The notes: generated by a model from the letters alone, not told the origin. A DNA stretch of 64,000 bases from Octopus vulgaris (GCA_951406725.2 OX597815.1:179862001-179926000), one strand, 5' to 3'; shown: positions 26,799-41,136, counted from the stretch's first letter. Numbers and translations: made by a program.

Positions 26799-27543
26799 TA
26801 TGATGGCCTTCTTTTAGTTTCTCTCTCTTCCAAATCTACTCACAAGGCCTGGGTTGGCTGGGCTCTTTAGTAGAAAACTCTCAAGATACCACAGAGTGAG
26901 ACTGAACTTGGAATTAATCCCACTGGAAGATCTAGATATGCATCTATTCTGCAGTGCTGATCAGACCATCAGACGCTGTTGTAACCTGCTGATCACAATG
27001 CACTTCCACTTCTGTCTTCATTGCATCATTCTTTTCAATCTGGACCCAAATAACTTAAGTAAATCATCTTGCCATTGTCATGGAGGCCTTTCAAGAGACA
27101 TTTTCCAATGTCTTGGAGACCACTTGGCAGCTGTAAGGGCCCACCTGTTGTTTGTGAACCTTATATATATTTATTACGTCAACTCGTTTATTTTAAATTT
27201 AGAAACACACACGAGTTGATGTAATTAATATTTTAGAAATAGATGTTAAATACTCTCCAACTGAGGACTGCAAAGCATGTTTTCTCATGCACAGCAAGAA
27301 ATCAATGTAAACTACCTTCAAATTCCATCCTGAAGGTAGACCTATTTTTAATAATATTCGTTGCATTGCTCGTGTGTGTATCTATCATAGGATTGGTGGT
27401 GTTTTGAAGCTTCCGCTTTCATTTTTAGCAAGTGGTATTTTTACCCTTTTCTTCAAATATTTTATATTGTACCTGTATAGGTAGAAGTCTTGCTGACCAC
27501 CTCAACAGCAATAATAATACTTCACATATTTATTTATATATAT

Positions 27544-27780
27544 ATTGGTGCATAATTATTGTGGCTATTTTTCAACAAATTTTATTCAACAAAAACAATA
27601 ACAATATTTAACAAAAACATCTTTAAATGACCGTCTGCCAAGAAAATGGGAAGTAGTAATTGAAGTAGATGGTGAATATGCTCCAGAATAATCATTTAAA
27701 GATGTTTTTGTTACATGTTGTTATTGTTTTTGTTGAATAAAATTTGTTGAAAAAAAGCTGCAATAATTATGCACCAACCC
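27544..27780. mobile_element. Mariner-derived MITE with ~85-bp inverted arms
   Basis: TTGGTGCATAATTATTG ... CAATAATTATGCACCAA. The centre encodes RLPRKWEVVIEVDGEYAPE*, like a mariner transposase C-terminus. Flanked by TA runs. Confidence 0.88.
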
Positions 27781-27805
27781 TATATATATATTATATATAT
27801 ATATA

Positions 27806-28188
27806 GGTGTAGGAGTGGTTGTGTGGTAAGTAGCTTGCTTACAAACCCCATGGTTCTGGGTTCAGTCCCACTGCATGGCACCTTGGGTAAGTGTCTTCTA
27901 CTATAGCCTCGGGCTGACCAGAGCCTTGGATTTGGTAGACGGAAACTGAAAGAAGCCCATCATATATATGTATGTGTGTGTATGTGTTTGCCCCCCCCCC
28001 ACTTCGCTTGACAACCGATGTTGGTGCGTTTACGTCCCTGTAATTCAGCGGTTCAGCTAAAGAGACCGATAGAATAAGTACTAGGCTTAAAAAGAATAAG
28101 TCCTGGGGGCGATTTGCTCGACTAAAAAAGGCGGTGCTCCAGCATGGCTACTGTCAAATGACTGAAACAAGTAAAAGAGTAAAAGAGA
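27806..28188 (+). mobile_element. SINE-A copy; other plus copies at ~17684-18065, 30778-31812 (nested), 33660-34050, 41860-42192, 55715-56415 (nested)
   Basis: Colinear with 23071-23465. Confidence 0.9.
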
Positions 28189-28209
28189 TAGATAGATAAA
28201 AATAAATAT

Positions 28210-28432
28210 GGCTGGTCTATGGGGTCACCTTGGGTTTTACATCCATAAAGCATTGAGCTTTACAATGTTTCTTCAGACCCTAAAAACCTGTTGGTCTATG
28301 GCCTCTCAAGCAAGACTTGCAAGTCTTGGGTCTGACAGAAGTGCAAGTCTTGCTGGAGAAGGCCATATGAAGAGGCTAATAGGTTTTAGGGTCTAGAGGA
28401 TGTGAAACCCAGGGTAACCCCATAGACAGGCC
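28210..28432. mobile_element. GC-richer foldback/MITE
   Basis: GGCTGGTCTATGGGGTCACCTTGGGTTTTACATCC / GGATGTGAAACCCAGGGTAACCCCATAGACAGGCC, plus inner inverted arms. Confidence 0.75.
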
Positions 28433-29099
28433 ATATCTATCTTTATCTATATACTCTACTGCTCTACAATTTAGAGCATGTGCTTCTATTTTCGATTTAT
28501 AATTTACTGAAGATTTATATATGTATGTATGACAGACAGACACACACAAACATATATACATAAGCAGACCTGAATGTATGTTTATGAATGTGACAGGTAT
28601 GTGTCTTCATGTAGACACCTGTAGTTAAGGAATATATACTTTATAGAAAATATTTAGAAATGTTCATAATAAGACTTAACAAGACTTGTTAGCTCAATTC
28701 TTTTTAATTAAAAGCATAAATTTAAAAGAAACAGTGAAAAACAACACACTATTTAGAAATACAAATTTTACAATGAATTAAAATATGGAAAGAAAACTGA
28801 AATCAAATAATTTGATAGGAAAGAGGAAAAATTCTATGAAACAAAATGGTGTAATTTGAATCTTGTTTATAAAGTAATTATAAAGATTTAGAAAATTGAA
28901 TTAACAAAAATAAGTAATAAATATATAAAACTAATGAAAGAATAAAATATTAGAATTAGTTGTAAAGTCGTAAGAAAATCTGCAAGAACAATTATTTGGA
29001 GGAATTTGTATGAGACAAAAAGCAAACAATGATATAGATAATACAGTTTTTGTATTTGGTTCGGAAGATTCTTGCTGTGAAGTTGTGAGTTGAAACAAA

Positions 29100-29403
29100 T
29101 TTTGTTGTTTTGGGAGGGTCATTATGCCAATAATAATAAACACATGTACTGGTTCAATATCACTTCCATACTGTTAGTCAATTGGTTAAGTATCTAACCA
29201 ACTAATTAATCAATTGTTTATTTAATGTACTGGGAGCAGACCTTGAGGAGAAAGGGCAAGATAAGTTACTGAAAATGTCCTGAATAGTGATGAAAGGACT
29301 TTAAATGACAAATTGATTGCTTAACCAGCACATTAAAGAAGTGTTATTGAACCAGCGTGTGTGTATTTATTACTAGCATAATGACCCTTCCAAGACAACG
29401 AAA
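29100..29403. repeat. Degenerate foldback element
   Basis: TTGGGAGGGTCATTATGC...CTGGTTCAATATCACTTC / GAAGTGTTATTGAACCAG...GCATAATGACCCTTCCAA. Confidence 0.75.
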
Positions 29404-31179
29404 TAATATGGCATTCATGTGTAAAATATCTTTAATACTGAGACATGTAGAAGAACAAGTTATTAATAACAACAACTATATGAATATAAACGGTGGAAAG
29501 GAAAAATAAACAATAGATAAGTACTAAATAAAAACAATTAATATTAATTAATTAGAGGTTTAAATAGTAATGTGCTGCTTTGAATATTTTGTATTATCTC
29601 ATTTTGTCCCTTAATGATTATACAAAGACAAGAATGAGCCTGTCTTTCATCCTTCTAAGATTGATAGAATAAGTTCCATCTGTGTACAGCGTCGGTCCAC
29701 TTGATTCTTTAACAAATGCCTGGCTTTGTCTCAAAGTAAGAAATCAATAACAATGTTTCAGTTATACTGTTTTCCAAAGATGAATCAAAATTCAGTAAAA
29801 CTCTCAAGTCTTCAACAAAAATAAATCTCAAATTGTGAAAAACAATTTCTTAGATATATATAAATGAATAAGAATCACAACTACAATTATGAGAATATTT
29901 GCTAATTCAAACATTCACAATGTTATAATCCAAATGATTTTGATTTCATGAAAATGGGTTCCAAAATCTTTCAAAATGAAACAGATGAATTCTTAAAAAC
30001 TAGCATAAAATTCTTTCTGTCATAGAGGAGCAAAATAGCTAATTAATGGGACATTACTTTAATGAGTTAATTAGAGAAATTAATTTTTAGTTGGATAACT
30101 GTTAAAAGAAAAATGAAATTCTTAGTAAACAAATGGTTATTTTGAATTAGAATACGTTCTGATTTTTTTGGTCAAAACACTGGTATTTTCTTGTGATTAT
30201 TGAAGCACCGTTCTAGGTTAACATGTTTCTTCTACTATGGCAAAGATAAATAATAATAAAAAATCTGGTTAGAAATGGTAATTTGTATTCATTTAGATAC
30301 ATAGATGATTTACTCACTAGAAATAATAACTTGCGTGCAAAGATTTTACAGAGATATAATGCTAAAATTAGAGTTAAAAAAAAAAGAAATAATAATAATA
30401 ATAATGAAAAATTGGCTGGAAAGTTTTAGATATAAAAAAGAAGACTTATTAAAAAGAAATAACAAACAATTTGATATAACAGACTTGAAATATGAAAATA
30501 GCAATACAAAAAGTAAATAAATAAAAAGAATACAACAATACAAACAAATTTTAAAACCTGTAAAGAATAGCTACGAAAAAAAAAGGACTTTGAAATATGT
30601 CTGAACAAGAAATGAATTAATAGAAATCCTGAAGATAAGAATAACCAAAAGTTATGTAACATAAAATAATAAATAAATCTTGGAATAAATAACAGAAAAT
30701 GTTTATTTGAACCGAAATTTAGCTTAAAAGACCCATGCAAAAGTGAAAATTCATTAACTTCAAACAAATGAAGAAGGCTCAGCCATGGCTGTGTGGTATG
30801 AAGTCTGCTTCTCAACCGCATGGTTTTGGGTTCAGTCTCAGTGTGGGACACCTTGGGCAAGTGTTTTTTTTTCTACTATAGCCTCAAGTTGACCAATACC
30901 TTGTGAGTAGATTTGGTAGAAGGAAACTTAAAGAAGCCCATCATATATATCTGTGTGTGTCTTTTAGTATCTCTGTTTGTCCCTCCACCCACTGCTTGAC
31001 AAACTGTTTTAGCTTGTTTACATCCCCATAACTTAGCAGTTCAGCCTAATCAGGCTAAAATTATTGGGATCAAGTTCCTTTCAGGTCTGGCGCCTCATGG
31101 AGGCAAAATGGCTGAGTTCCTTTCGAGTCTTGAACCTCATAGAGTCAATGACCAAGACCTTTGGCATTATGTTGTACCT

Positions 31180-31411
31180 ATTTCTTTATTACCCACAAGG
31201 GGCTAAACATAGATGGGACAAACAAGGACAGACATAGGTATTAAGTCGATTCCATCGACCCCAGTGCGTAACTGGTACTTAATTTATCGACCCCGAAAGG
31301 ATGAAAGGCAAAGTCGACCTCGGCGGAATTTGAACTCACAGCGTAACGACAGACGAAATACGGCTACGCATTTCGCCCGGCGTGCTAACGTTTCTGCCAG
31401 CTCGCCGCCTT
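31180..31411 (-). mobile_element. SINE-B (head AAGGCGGCGAGCTGGCAG, core GACTTTGCCTTTCATCCTTTCGGGGTCGATAAA), young copy
   Basis: 13-bp TSD TTATGTTGTACCT (31167-79 / 31413-25). CpGs intact. Confidence 0.92.
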
Positions 31412-32663
31412 CTTATGTTGTACCTGAGAAGAAGACCCATCAAGCTGAGCAAAATCATAGTTGTGGAAGATACTGGTGTCACACAAATTGGCACTTGTGC
31501 CAGTGGCATGTAAACACACCCCAGTCTCATGCAAATGGCACCCGTGCTGGTGGCATGTAAAAACAGCCACTACACTCTTGGAGTGGTTGGCATTAAGAAG
31601 TGCATCCAGTTGTAGAAACCATGCCAAATCGGACTGGAGCCTGGTGCAGCCTTCCAGCATGCCAGCCCAGTCAAACTGTCCGACCCATGCCAGCATGGAC
31701 AATGGACGTTAAACAATGATGATGATGATGATTATTCATTTGACTAAAAATTCTTCAATGGCAGTGCCCCAGCATGGCCACAGTCTAATGACTAAATCAA
31801 GTCAAAGATAAAAATTTAGAATAAGCAGCATTGAAAACGAAGCCTTTTCATTGCCAGATTGTATTTTTCTTTCACCTTTTACTGGTTTCCCTCAAAGGCT
31901 GGGGCCATGCTGGAGCACTGAGAATAAATGGTTACTGAATGCGTTCATTTTGTTTTAATTTGATATTCTGCAATGGTAAAATCGATCATCTCCTTAAATA
32001 TATTACATAATTCTTTGCAGTTTTGAGTTAATGTCTATGATCATATGTCAAATAGCTTAGCATTTTTTCAAAAAATAGTCTACAAAATATTCTTTTCTAC
32101 TCTAGGCACAAGGCCCGAAATTTTGGAGGAAGGGGGCCAGTCGATTAGATTGACTCCAGTATGCAACTGGTATTTAGTTTATCGACCCCAAACAGATGAA
32201 AGGCAAAGTTGACCTCAGCAGAATTTGAACTCAGAATGTCAAGACAGAATAAATACTGCTAAACATTTCGCCCGGTGTGCTAATGTTTCTGCCAGCTCGC
32301 TGCCTTAGTCTACAAAATATTGATTTAATGTATAACAAGGAATAATAGGAATACATCAATGTTGTTTATCTTCTACTTGTTTCAGTCATTAGACTGTGGC
32401 CATGCTGGGGCACTGCCTTGCAGAATTTTAGTCAAACAAATTGACCCCAATACATTTTAAAGCTTCGTCTTATTCTATCAGTCTTGTTTTGCAAAACCAT
32501 TAAATCATAGGGATGTCAACACACCAACACTATCAGGCAGTAATGGGGGACAAAGACACACACACATATGAATATTATGAACATGAATATTATATGACGA
32601 TGATGATGATATATTTATCAATTCGTTTTGCAAGATTCCTGATGTGAAATCGTGTGTTGAAAC

Positions 32664-32764
32664 ATATTATCGTATTTCAGGATGGTCATTTTTTTTTTCT
32701 TTTTTTAGTGTGTGTATGTTTATTTAGCCAAAAAGAAACAAAGAAAAAATGACCATCCCGAAAT

Positions 32765-32776
<12 letters not shown>
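32664..32776. repeat. Short foldback
   Basis: GTATTTCAGGATGGTCATTTTTT / AAAAAATGACCATCCCGAAATAC. Confidence 0.75.
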
Positions 32777-32810
<34 letters not shown>

Positions 32811-35800
32811 ATGTATATGTATATATGTGTATATATATATATATATATCATTAATTATTTGCAGGGTTCCCTAGTTGGATGCTATTTGTCTGGAAAATGG
32901 CACTGGCGTGAGTGCATTCCATCTCGTTATCTGTCCCTCTGACCACCCATCTTATTTCCAGACATTGTACTTCTAGAACTCCGTTATCCAACATATCCTT
33001 ACTTCTCTTTGGAAAAGAAAACTGCGGGTATTACTTGCTATTTCTAGCAAGTGAAGTGACTACATAGAAGCCTCCTCATTGGCTCATATGCACCCTGTCT
33101 CTAAACTCATGGGGGAAACAGCACAAAGCTGCTATGTAGATAGCAATGTTGTTGTAAGAGCTATTCTTGCTGCTTGTTTTAAGAAGTTCTTTGCTGCTAC
33201 AGCAGGAACTTACACTTCTGATAAAACATTATTGAAGGTGAGCAATTTTGGCTCACATTTGGGGATAAAGCATTTCTCTTTAATGTCCTATTTAGAATAT
33301 TGATATTGAAATTAAAACTTTATCAGTGATAAAACATCTAATTGGCAGCTAATTGTTTCTGAGGGTGAGCCACGCAGTAAAACTGAATTAATCAGATATA
33401 TCTGCAACGCATAAATACCTGATTAAAAGCTTCAGGTGACCCATATATTTAGAGCATCTCAGATAAAGTCTATCATTATATGACTTGCCTCTTGAATAGA
33501 TATTCATGATAAGGAAAAACATTAAATCTTGGCAAGGTTCAAATTTAGAACTACATTACGAAGATACTCTTGTGTTCTTCAAACTATAATTAATTGATCT
33601 ACAGAGATTGTGACTGGAATAGTGGCTGCTCGTTATTTAATGATATCAAATGATATAGACACAAGGGTGGCTCTGTGGTAAGTAGCTTGTTTACCAACCA
33701 CATAGTTCCGGGTTCAGTCCCAATGTGTGGCACCTTGGGCAAGTGTCTTCTACTATAGCCTGGGGCCGACCAAAGCCGTATGAGTTGATTTGGTAGATGG
33801 AAACTGAAAGAAGCTTGTCGTATTTATGTATATGTATGTATATATGTGTGTGTTTGCCCCCCCCCCCCACACCGCTTGACAATCGATGCTTGTGTGTTTT
33901 ATGTCCCCGTAACTTAGCAGTTTGACAAAAGAGACTGATAGAATAAGTACCAGGCTTACAAAGAATAAGTCCTGGGGTCGAGTTGCTCGACTAAAGGCAG
34001 TGCTCCAGCATGGCCACAGTCAAATGACTGCAACAAGTAAAAGAGTAAATGTATAAGAACTTCCAAAGAGCAGAGATGAAACAGTTGAGTGAGTTGAGAG
34101 TTCAAATGTCCTGTAAATTCATTGTAATGTCGTTCAATTATGGCACCGTAGATTGCACAGATATGGAAATTAGGTAGAGTGTCTTCTAGGCTAGAATTCC
34201 TCATTGTTTCAATCTTCACATTTCCCTTCTTGCATGGATAAGATGTGTTTCATTGAAGCAAATTTTCTACAGCTGGATGCTCTTTCTGTCACCAACCATT
34301 ACCTGTTTCCAGGCATAGCAGGATTTTCTCCTTGTGGGAACATTGTTTTCATTGAAGACTGCAAACAAATGCTGCTACTTGTATGATGGCAAAGTATTCT
34401 TTTATTTGTTTCAGTCATTTGACTGCAGCCATGCTGGAGCACCGCCTTTAGTTGAACAAATCAACCCCCAGGACTTATTCCTTGTAAGCCTAGTACTTAT
34501 TCTATTGATCCCTTTTGTTGAACCGCTAAGTTACGGGGTAGTAAACACACTAACATAGGTCATCAAGCGATGGTGGGGAGGACAAACACATAAACACACA
34601 GGATGGGCTTCTTTCAGTTTCTGTCTACCAAATCCACTCGCAAAGGCTTTGGTCATCCTGAGGCTATAATAGAAGACACTTGCCCAGACATGCACTGGGA
34701 TTGAACCTAGAACCATGTGGTTGGTAAGCAAGCTACTTACCACACAGCACAGTCAATGCATGATATCAAGACAAGGACACACACAATGGGCTTCTTTACA
34801 GTTTCTACCTAATCCATTCACAAGGCTTTGGCCAACCCAAGGTTATAGTAGAAAACACTTGCCCATACTGCAGCACAGAGGGACTGAATTTGAGATCACA
34901 TCTTTTATGTGTTATTTGTTTCGGTCATTAGACTGTGGCCATTCTGCAGCACCACCGTGAAGAATTTTTAGTTGAATGAATCAGCCCTGTTATTTATTTT
35001 TTTAAGCCTGGTACTTATTCTATCAGTGGCTTTAGCCAAACTGCTAAGTCACAGGGATGCAAGCAAACCAACACTGGTTGTCAAGTAGCAGTGGGACACA
35101 CACACACATATATATATGATGGGCTTCTTTCAGTTTCCGTCTACTAAATCCACTCGGAAGGCTTTGGTTGGCCCAAGACTATACTAGCAGACACTTGCTG
35201 AAGGTGCCATGCTGTAAGACTGAACTCAGGACCATGTGGTTGGGAAGCAAGCTTTTTATCATACATCCATGCCAGATGGGGAAGAGCTGATTTTATGATA
35301 TTGAACAACCAGCTTGTAAACCACGCAGCAGCCATATCAGTGCCTGACTTGGTTAAAATAAACTGAAGTCCTATCCACAGCAAGATCTGTTTCATATTTG
35401 GATAATGCTAATCTGATGGACTCAAACTCTGAACTTAATGAAAGTATTGATTTATGTTCAGCTTGTATCAAGAACAGAATGCTGAAGTAATGTTTGAAAC
35501 CTAACTTAAGGGAGCTTGTCAAAAACTAAGATGGGTGGTTTTTGCTTAATTACGCAGTTTTGTAGAATAGAATCAAGAATGCTGTTGAGCAGATTGGAAC
35601 CAAAATGGTTAACGAGTAATATGTCACGTAGCATATAGTCAATAGACAACATGATAGCTAGATGGATAAAAGGTCAGACTCTCAGGTGTAGATTCATATT
35701 TCAATAACGCCATTGTAATTCTATACTGGAAAGAAATATCATGAATTTACTCAGGCTCAATTTCCTGTGGGAAATCAGGCAAATAACGAGAAAATAACTC

Positions 35801-36011
35801 ATTAGAAAACGAAATTGATTAGAAACAGAAGCAAGAAGGTAATTTGCACTTCTTGAGAGAAACTTCTCTCATACACATGATTGCACAGCTGGGCTGAAAA
35901 GTTAGTTTAAATAATATGAATTTCATTAAAATCATTTCCTCGTTATTGTATAATTAATCTTGCATTGATTCGGGACCAGGTCACAAAAAGATATTTTAAA
36001 TGTGTACTTAC

Positions 36012-36090
36012 ACCGTAACTTTTCATCCACATTACCTCGGGAGGTTACCGATAAGGCTTGTAGAAATTCATCAAATTCTATGTAACCATC
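36012..36090 (-). CDS. NCS1: NCS-1 coding exon, 79 nt: [26 protein letters not shown](W)
   Basis: Completes EF2 loop [12 protein letters not shown]. Acceptor TTGCAG, donor GTAAGT. Ends in phase 1 (T of TGG). Confidence 0.96.
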
Positions 36091-37032
36091 CTGCAATGAG
36101 TAAAATAATAAGAAATGGTTAATAAATCAATAAGACAGTAAGAATGAAGACAAACTTGTTACCAGTTCAAATATGCTTGAGGCATATTTGAACCATAAGA
36201 TGGCCAATAACTAAATTATTTTCATGAAGAGAATTTCTTGCAGTAGACAAAAGTATAGTGAGTCAGCTCCAAGTGTCCCCTAACCAAACTGTTGGATGCA
36301 GGCATTTTGGTGCTAGGAAGGGCATCTGGCTGTAGAAACTCTGCCAGATCAGATTGGAGCCTGGTGCAGCCTCCTGGCTTGCCAGCCCTCAGTCAAAACG
36401 TCCAGCCCATGCCAGCATGGAAAACGGATGTTAAACGACAATGATGATGATCTCTACTTCAGCCACAGAAACTGGACAAGGTGCACTGTGAGCTGACACG
36501 ATAGTGTCCCCTTTAAGATTTTCCCATCATCATTCAATGACTGGTTGCACTAATTGGCAGTTCATCGTAAAGAAAATACCCCATATTTAAGGCATAATAG
36601 AATGTGTAAGAAGGCCATTCTCTGTGTTTTGTGATGGAGAAAACTTTTCGCTGCGGACAAATAGGTGTAAATACACTGAGTCAGCTGCTCACAGTTTCCC
36701 CAAACCAGACTGGGACACATGGATTTTTTTCCCATCATGCTTTAATGTTTATGTATAAGTAGATGGGAAATAAAAGGTTTTTACAAGATACTGGACAATT
36801 AACAGCTTGTAAATGTATTTGTAATTTCTAAGTGCAGCAAATATATTTGAATAACAAGTGGAAATGTTACATGTTTCACATCTAATTAGAAAGATTAATT
36901 TTTCACACACTTACGGTATCTGAAATTTGATTAAGAACCAGTTTTAATGAAGCCACAAGACTTGCTGAAGTGGCCAGGTGGATGTAATATTGGACTACCA
37001 GATAATGGTGAGCAAATTTAACATGACACCAT

Positions 37033-37527
37033 TCATCATCATCATCGTTTAATGTCCGCTTTCCATGTTAGCATGGGTTGGACGATTTTGACTGAGGCCT
37101 GGCGAACCAGATGGCTGCCCTTCCAAATGCCAACCACTCCAAGAGTGTAGTGGGCGCTTTTTAGATGCCACCGGCACGGGGGCCAGTCAGGCGGTACTGG
37201 CAATGACCTCGCTTCAATCTTTTTACACATGCCACCAGCACAGGTGCCAGTAACGCAACGTTGGTAACGATCATGCTCGAATGGTGCCCTTTTACATGCC
37301 ACCGGCACAGAAGCCAGTTGGCTGCTCTGGCAATGATCTCACTCGGATGGTGCTCTTGGCACCCTACTAGCATGGGCACAAGTGCCAGTAAGGCGACGCT
37401 GGTAACGATCACGCTCGAATGGTGCCTTTTTACATGCCACCGGCACAGAAGCCAGTTGGCTGCTCTGGCAATGATCACGCTCGGATGGTGCTCTTGGCAC
37501 CCTACTAGCACGGGCACAAGTGCCAGA
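37033..37527 (-). mobile_element. Family C copy with expanded internal repeat array; others at ~36305-36450+, 39650-39953+, 43875-44090+, 46155-46333+, 47643-47977+
   Basis: Multiple TGCCGGTGGCATGTAAAA units upstream of the conserved tail. Confidence 0.85.
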
Positions 37528-39209
37528 GTTATTTGACATCTCTTCTGTGAGATCAAAAGTTCTGCCCTCAACATCTCTTCCCATATTTTCCTGTTCTGAC
37601 GACCTGCTCCTTAACAATACACAGAACACTTGTGCTAAACACTTATTGTCTATCTCTAGTTATTTCCATATCAACATGTATCTATCTTCTCTACACTTCT
37701 AATATTCCGTTTAAATCTCAGCTGCTCTTTCAGTTCTCTTATATTTTTTATCTCTTACTTGTTTTAATCATTAGACTGTGGCCATTCTGGGGCACTGGCT
37801 TGAAAATTTTTTAGCTGGGTCTCACGTAGTCAATGAGCGAAAACTTTGGTACTATGTCATGCTTGAAAAGACGACCTATCAAGCCGAGCAAAATCGCAGT
37901 TGTGGCAGATACAGGTGTCACGCAAGTGGCACCCGTGCCAGTGGTACTTAAAAGCAGCCATTGCACTTTCACAGTGGTTGGCATTAGGAAGGGCATCCAG
38001 CTGTAGAAAACCATGCCAAATCAGACTGGAGTCTGTTGCAGCCCTTCTAGCTTCGAGGTCGACGTTTGCCTTTCATCCTTTCGGGGTCGATAAATTAGGT
38101 ACCAGTTGCATACTGGGGGCCAATCTAATCGACTGGCTCCACCCCTCCGGAAAAATTTCAGGCCTTCTGTCTAGAGTAGAACTGAATATTCTTTAAAAGA
38201 TTTACTAGATTGAAGAAATTACTAAATCTGTATAAGTACTCTGTTATTCTTTTACTTGTTTCACTCATCTGACTGTGGCCATGCTGGAGCACTGCCTTTT
38301 AGCCAAGCAAATCGACCCCAGGACTTATTCTTTGTAAGCCTAGTACTTATTCTATCAGTCTCATTTGCAGAACCACTAAGTTACAGGGACTTAAACACAC
38401 TAGCATTGGTTGTCAAGTGATGTTTGGGGGACAAACACAGACACACATACACATATATATATATATACGACAGGCTTCTTTCAGTTTCCATCTACAAAAT
38501 CCCTTCACAAGGCTTTGGTTGGCTTGAGGCTATAGTAGAAGACACTTGCTCAAGGTGCAATGTAGAAGGACTGAACCTGGAACCATGTGGCTGGTAAGCA
38601 AGCTACTTACCACACAGCCACTCCGTTATGTACAACAGATTTAAACAAACAAACAAAAAATAGTTTAAAAAGTTGTAAAATATTCGGGTTAAATTCCTCA
38701 CGTACTGGACTTATTTGAGAAAAACAGTATGTTAATGAATGAATTTACAATGATGAGAAAAAGCAATTTACACCTGACCGCATTTTATGGTAATACCTGA
38801 CTGGAGCAGAACCAATTATCTCAGAAGTTATAAAAATTTAATTTTTGATTATTCATAATTGATAAACAAAAGTTTAAATGTAAATTTCACAACAGCCATG
38901 AGACAATGGTACCATAAAACATAATTGATAATTGAAAGATCAATAGGTTCTTACATATAACCCATCAATTAGATGTAAGCCTCTTAGCGAAATAAATCTG
39001 AATTCATAACAATAACAAATACCCATAGATACAAATCAATAACTATTTTTGAAAGCCACACCAAGCCAAGACCACAGAGTGTTGGCCTATTACAGAGCTG
39101 TGCTGCCTCTAGAGCCAAGCAAAATTTAAACCTTAAATAGCATGGTCTACTCAGCTATAAATCTCTCTTTCTCTCACTCTCTGTCTGTCTGTCTGTCTGT
39201 CTCTGTCTG

Positions 39210-39268
<59 letters not shown>

Positions 39269-39309
39269 ATATATATATTATTATCCATTATGTGTGTGTG
39301 TATATATAT

Positions 39310-39595
39310 ATCACGTGACCGACCAGACCATCAGATGTTGTTACACATCGCTAGTCACAATGCGTTCGCATTGTTTTAGCCTTCGAATGAGGCCACCTCG
39401 CTGGCTAAGCGAGCAGGCCAACAGAAGAAAGAGTGGTGAAAGAGTACAGCAGGGATCACCACCTCCTGCCGGAGCGTCATGGAGCTTTTAGGTGTTTTCG
39501 TTCAATAAACACTCACAACGCCCGGTCTGGGAATCGAAACCGCGATCCTACAATCACGAGTCCACTGCCTTAACCACTGTGCCATTGCGCTCCAC
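39310..39595 (-). mobile_element. SINE-E: head related to SINE-D, different tail; degenerate copy at ~51805-52070+
   Basis: GTGGAGCGCAATGGCACAGTGGTTAAGGCAG head, box B GTTTCGATTCCC. Flanked by (TA)n. Confidence 0.82.
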
Positions 39596-40197
39596 ATATA
39601 TATATATATATATATATCTCACTTCTCATATCTGTTCTATATGTGTGACAAGTACATCAACATAAAAAAATCAATGGAAATTGTAGTTGTGATACCCATG
39701 CCGGTGGCACGTAAAAAGCACCAACCGATTATGGCCGTTGCCAGCCTCCCCTGGCACCTGTGTCAGTGGCACATACAAAGCACCCACTACACTCATGGAG
39801 TGGTTGGCGTTAGGAAGGGCATCCAGCAGTAGAAACACTGCCAGAGCAGACTGGAGTCTGGTGCAGCCTCCTGGCTTCCCAGACCCCGGTCGAACTGTCT
39901 AACCCATGCTAGCATGGAAAATGGACGTTAAACGATGATGATGATGATGATGATATATATGAATGAAATAAAAATGCAGTAGAGGGCATTAAAACGTTTG
40001 AGCTGATAGACGACACAAAGGCAGACAAGAGAAACAACAATTAGGACAGGCAAAAAAAGATGGGTCATTCTTGGCTTTCTTTCATCAGACAAGTACCAGA
40101 AGTCATGACCATTTCGGTCAGTTACACTTGAGATGGTTCAATCTGGTTGTCCCCCCAAAAGTCTAAGCTAAAAGCATTAGACCCTTTTGTATGTATG

Positions 40198-40243
<46 letters not shown>

Positions 40244-41136
40244 CATACATACATACATACATATCATCATCATCGTTTAATGTCTGCTGATGTGGGTGTG
40301 TTTACATCCCCATAACTTAGCAGTTTGGCAAAAGAGAATGATAGAATAAGCACTGGGCATATGAAGAATAAGTCCTGGGGTCGATTTCTTTGACTAAAAC
40401 CCTTTGAGGCGATGCTCCAGCATGGCCGCAGTCAAATGACTGAAACAAGTAAAAGAGCAAAAGAATAAAATAGCATCATTCTGCCACTGAACATTATATC
40501 TTCATCATTTCCATCTCTGCATTTGATGCTGGCAAAAATAGGATGAGTTATCCCAGACTGAGTCAGTTCTTAGAGTTTCTGCCTTCCTGGACAGAGTGGA
40601 GAATTTCATAATTCAATATGGGTTGAGGGGCTCCAAAAGGTGTCTCAGGGAGTAGCATCCCTGCCTCCCCTCAGCTAGTTTTCCACCACATTTCTTAAAA
40701 ATCATGGTAGGGGCCTTGATCTTGGCACCACTCATTTCTAGAAACTGAGGTTAGGGGTAAGCAAAGGCATGCTCCCCGTAGAAAATCCAGCTCCAAAATA
40801 GCCTCATGATATCTCAGGAGAATGGGCACCAGCCAGCCCAAAGATTGGGGTGGGCGGCACCTGCCTACCTCAGTTGCTATGGCACCGAGGTAGCTCCGGC
40901 CACCCCTGTTAATGGGGACAAAACTCAGATTTAAAACATTGGATGCTGCTGCTGCTGATGCTGATGATGATGAATATAACTCTGCGTTAAAAGTTATGAG
41001 AGACATGACTCAAAAATAAACAACAGGAGGACCGTATAACTGAAGAGTGCTTTAATATGCTGCAATGATGATTCTAGGGGTTTTACTGAGCCTCAGACAC
41101 TCAGTAAAATGCTGACTTTTTTTCTGGATATGCAAC

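Noticed and set aside
31072-31153. Possible tandem HDV-like ribozymes at the head of a family C element
   Set aside because: P1/P2 pairings could not be built. The homologous segment at 16023-16097 translates as an RTE-like ORF C-terminus.
40075-40125. Type II hammerhead order (GAAA...CTGATGA) on the minus strand; similar at 21510-21560
   Set aside because: Stems I and II do not pair convincingly.
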